Below are positions 34,177-36,906 of a stretch of 36,906 bases of DNA, piece by piece. Each line of letters opens with the position of its first letter. The first letter of the stretch is position 1. A program made the translations under genes and the position numbers. The notes beneath the pieces were generated by a model. The model saw nothing but the letters and a program-made list of their open reading frames with translations. It ran no database searches and was not told the origin of the DNA. The DNA lies in the IMG/VR virus record IMGVR_UViG_3300017913_000829, positions 1-36,906 of that record; one strand, 5' to 3'. The DNA is from a virus (Duplodnaviria > Caudoviricetes).

Positions 34177-34482
34177 ATGGGTCAGAAGCGGATATTTGGA
34201 CACGATCCACTAACAGGAATAACAGAATATTGGCATGTGACGGACAAGGGAGAGTACGTCATTGAAAAGGTCCAAGAGGTGCAAGCCATCGCGGACAGCA
34301 ACAAACGACAGTACAATGACACGCCGGATCGCTACGGTGATATGAACAAGGTAGCATCTATCCCGCTTTCAGTGTACTATGAGCTGAAACGTCAGGGGAT
34401 CGCAGACGATCCAGTGGCAATGAAAAAGTGGTTGAACGATGGCGACAACCAAGTGTTTAGAACAAGGGCAGGCCGGCTGTGA
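34177..34482 (+). CDS. Hypothetical protein following the capsid gene (101 aa)
   Basis: GAGG RBS; 'KVASIP...KKWLND.DN..FRT' pattern. Confidence 0.75.
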   Translation: MGQKRIFGHDPLTGITEYWHVTDKGEYVIEKVQEVQAIADSNKRQYNDTPDRYGDMNKVASIPLSVYYELKRQGIADDPVAMKKWLNDGDNQVFRTRAGRL

Positions 34483-35096
34483 GCGTTACAAACTTCACCA
34501 ACCTGAAATCTAGCATCGCGGACTTTTTAGACCGCGATGATCTGACGTCGGTGATCCCGACATTTATCTCGTTGGCTGAAGCTGACATGAACCGCAAGCT
34601 GCGTCATTGGCGTATGGAGCGCAGATCCACTGCCGTGCTTGACACACAGTACAGTGCATTGCCTACCGATTTCTTGGAGGCAATCCGTTTACAGCTCACC
34701 GGTTCGCAGACACACCGCTTAGAGTTTATCTCGCACAGCGATTTGATGGACAGACGTTCTGCTAGTAATACAGCAGCAACGCCACGCTTCTACACGTTTA
34801 TTGATGGCACGATTGAGGTCTATCCGACGCCAGATCAAAACTACACATTGGAAATGACTTATTACTCTAGCATTGATGCTTTGAGCGCAAGTAATGCAGA
34901 CAATTGGGTTATAACTTACCACCCGGACGCTTATCTTTACGGTGCGCTAACGCACTCTGCTCCGTATCTTGGAGAAGACGCACGCACGCAAACATGGGCG
35001 GCGTTGTTTCAAAACGCAGTAGGTGGTATAAACAACGAAGATGACAAAGCCAAGTCTGGCGGCTCAGGCCACAGAATAAGAATTAGGAGCTTCTAA
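34479..35096 (+). CDS. Head-tail adaptor (tail tubular protein A-like)
   Basis: FISLAEA.MNR.LR, LPTDF, YPTPD and HPDAYLYGAL. Confidence 0.8.
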   Translation: MSVTNFTNLKSSIADFLDRDDLTSVIPTFISLAEADMNRKLRHWRMERRSTAVLDTQYSALPTDFLEAIRLQLTGSQTHRLEFISHSDLMDRRSASNTAATPRFYTFIDGTIEVYPTPDQNYTLEMTYYSSIDALSASNADNWVITYHPDAYLYGALTHSAPYLGEDARTQTWAALFQNAVGGINNEDDKAKSGGSGHRIRIRSF

Positions 35097-35528
35097 ATGG
35101 CAAGTTTTACAAAGGTAAATGACTTTGTGGTCAACCTAGCCAATGCAATGGACTTAGACAGTGACACACTTGCCGTTGCTTTGACAAACACAGACCCAAC
35201 ATCTGGCACAGATGCGACAGGGGACGGCAACGGTGTTTTGGCAAACATCTCTGAAATCGCATACACAAACCTATCGTCACGCACATTGGCAAATGTGACA
35301 TCGACGCAGACATCAGGCACATACAAGCTGTCAGCGGATGACTTAGTGCTTACAGCGTCAGGTGGGTCAGTCGCAGCGTTTCGCTATGTGGTTGTTTACA
35401 ATGACACGCCAACATCCCCAGCCGATCCTTTGATTGGATACTACGATTATGGTTCATCATTAACGCTAAACAATGGCGATACATTCACAATCGACATTGG
35501 GTCAAACGGTATCCTAACACTGACATAA
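35097..35528 (+). CDS. Small structural/tail protein (143 aa)
   Basis: AGGAG RBS; S/T/G-rich beta protein; [17 protein letters not shown]. Confidence 0.7.
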   Translation: MASFTKVNDFVVNLANAMDLDSDTLAVALTNTDPTSGTDATGDGNGVLANISEIAYTNLSSRTLANVTSTQTSGTYKLSADDLVLTASGGSVAAFRYVVVYNDTPTSPADPLIGYYDYGSSLTLNNGDTFTIDIGSNGILTLT

Positions 35529-35541
35529 TGGGAGCGTCATC

Positions 35542-36906
35542 ATGGCTAAACTTTTTAACAGAGCCAAGATGGACACTTCCACAACGGGCAGTGGAACCAT
35601 TACACTTGGCTCCGCTGTTGACGGTTATCAATCGTTTGCAGATGCGGGCGTTGCTGATAGCGATGTTGTCCAGTACGTCATTGAAGACGGCACTAGCTGG
35701 GAAATCGGCACAGGCACATATTCTGCCACAGGTACGTCTTTAACGCGCACACCTAGTGAAAGCAGTAACGCGGGCGCAGCTATTTCACTGACAGGCGTAG
35801 CAGAGGTATTTATCACGGCTGTAGCTGATGACCTAAACCGCTTGCAGGACGCAGGGTCGGACATTGTGACGGTGTCAGCATCTGGCGCAGCGGTCACTGG
35901 CAACATCACGGTTACTGGCACGGTAGATGGGCGTGACATTGCGTCTGACGGATCAAAGCTAGACGGTATTGAAAGCGGAGCGACAGGCGATCAGACAGCA
36001 TCCGAAATCAGGTCATTAGTCGAAAGCGCAACTGACAGCAATGTATTTACTGATGCAGACCACACAAAACTCAATGGTATTGAGAGCAGCGCTGACGTAA
36101 CAGACAGCGCAAATGTTGGATCATCTTTAACAGGATTTACAACAGCAACATCGTTTACTGGCTCAGACATTATTCCTGTTTATGATGCATCTGCATCAGC
36201 ATGGCGTAAAGGTACAATTACCAATGCAGCCTTGGTCGGTCCAACTGGTCCGACTGGTCCAACTGGACCGACAGGTGCAGCGGGCGCTGATGGTGCTACA
36301 GGCCCCACTGGGCCTACAGGCCCCACGGGTTTGACTGGCCCAGCGGGTGCAGATGGTAACGATGGAGCAACGGGTCCAACTGGTCCGATTGGTCCAACGG
36401 GTCCAACAGGATTAACAGGTCCCACTGGTCCAGCAGGTCCAACGGGTCCAGCAGGTTCTAATGGCTCTACAGGTCCAGCGGGTCCAACAGGTCCGACTGG
36501 TCCTACAGGACCGACAGGCCCAACTGGTCCAGGAGGCCCAAGTACGATTGCTTCTTACATTACCCACAGTGGTGACACTGACACCTACTTTGGCTTCCCA
36601 GGTAATAACGCATTCAAAGTGCGCGTGGGTAATTCTGATGAAATCTACGTCAACACCACAGGTGTACGCCTAGGCGACACAGGCAACGGCTACTTCCAGC
36701 CTGTTTCTGGCAACTACGGCTCAATCCAAGTTGATGGCGGTGCGCACGGTGGTTGGGAAGGTTATAGCATTGGCGGCCGTTCTGTCTTTATGCACAACAA
36801 CGGTACGGGGCAAGGGATTTATAATGATGTAAATAATGAGTGGTTATTCTACGGCGTAAGTAACAGTTACGCACGCTTGTATTACAACGGCTCATCAAAG
36901 GTTGAA
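35542..36906 (+). CDS. Collagen-like tail fibre, 5' part (continues over the join to 489)
   Basis: GGAG RBS; ATG 35542 ([23 protein letters not shown]); frame open to the window end; includes DGSKLDGIE repeats and 34 Gly-X-Y triplets. Confidence 0.88.
   Translation, partial: MAKLFNRAKMDTSTTGSGTITLGSAVDGYQSFADAGVADSDVVQYVIEDGTSWEIGTGTYSATGTSLTRTPSESSNAGAAISLTGVAEVFITAVADDLNRLQDAGSDIVTVSASGAAVTGNITVTGTVDGRDIASDGSKLDGIESGATGDQTASEIRSLVESATDSNVFTDADHTKLNGIESSADVTDSANVGSSLTGFTTATSFTGSDIIPVYDASASAWRKGTITNAALVGPTGPTGPTGPTGAAGADGATGPTGPTGPTGLTGPAGADGNDGATGPTGPIGPTGPTGLTGPTGPAGPTGPAGSNGSTGPAGPTGPTGPTGPTGPTGPGGPSTIASYITHSGDTDTYFGFPGNNAFKVRVGNSDEIYVNTTGVRLGDTGNGYFQPVSGNYGSIQVDGGAHGGWEGYSIGGRSVFMHNNGTGQGIYNDVNNEWLFYGVSNSYARLYYNGSSKVE
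36238..36543 (+). repeat. 34 uninterrupted Gly-X-Y collagen triplets, mostly GPT
   Basis: Translated directly from the sequence. Confidence 0.92.
36766..36906. repeat. Terminal direct repeat, copy 2
   Basis: Identical to 1-141. Confidence 0.95.

Noticed and set aside
36766-36906. 141-bp terminal repeat as a biological DTR
   Set aside because: It falls mid-gene and its length equals a common assembler k-mer (141); it is best read as a circularisation overlap.
1-36906. tRNA, rRNA, integrase/att site, stop-codon recoding
   Set aside because: None recognised; genes tile densely under the standard code and all three stop codons are used.

Overview
This window is an apparently complete, circularly permuted ~36,765-bp genome of a short-tailed (podovirus-like) dsDNA phage. 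Bases 1-141 repeat exactly at 36766-36906, and a collagen-type tail-fibre gene runs across that join. The gene content resembles aquatic alphaproteobacterial phages, but the host is inferred only. Modules: tail, fibre and ejection genes (35.1 kb through the join to 10.6 kb, +); an eight-ORF lysis cassette with a T7-type amidase (11.5-13.6 kb, -); a replication block (RHH regulator, RuvC-like, RecE-like, SSB-like, Toprim/AAA primase-helicase, iteron-like origin); terS and terL separated by an IHF-site spacer; a minus-strand accessory operon ending in a C5 methyltransferase with a nested second ORF; then basic peptides, an ADP-ribosyltransferase-like polyvalent protein, portal, scaffold and capsid. 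I recognised no integrase, DNA polymerase, tRNA or CRISPR. The most striking unexplained structure is a two-layer regulatory circuit. First, a ~70-nt promoter-to-terminator unit at 10907-10975 has an unpaired, repeated CUUCACUG/CUCACUUC core complementary to the ribosome-binding regions of up to six phage genes, including the primase-helicase. Second, a GTTAAC-N5-GTTAAC operator sits in four promoters, one of which precedes the ribbon-helix-helix regulator. All family calls come from motif recognition by eye; no searches were run.
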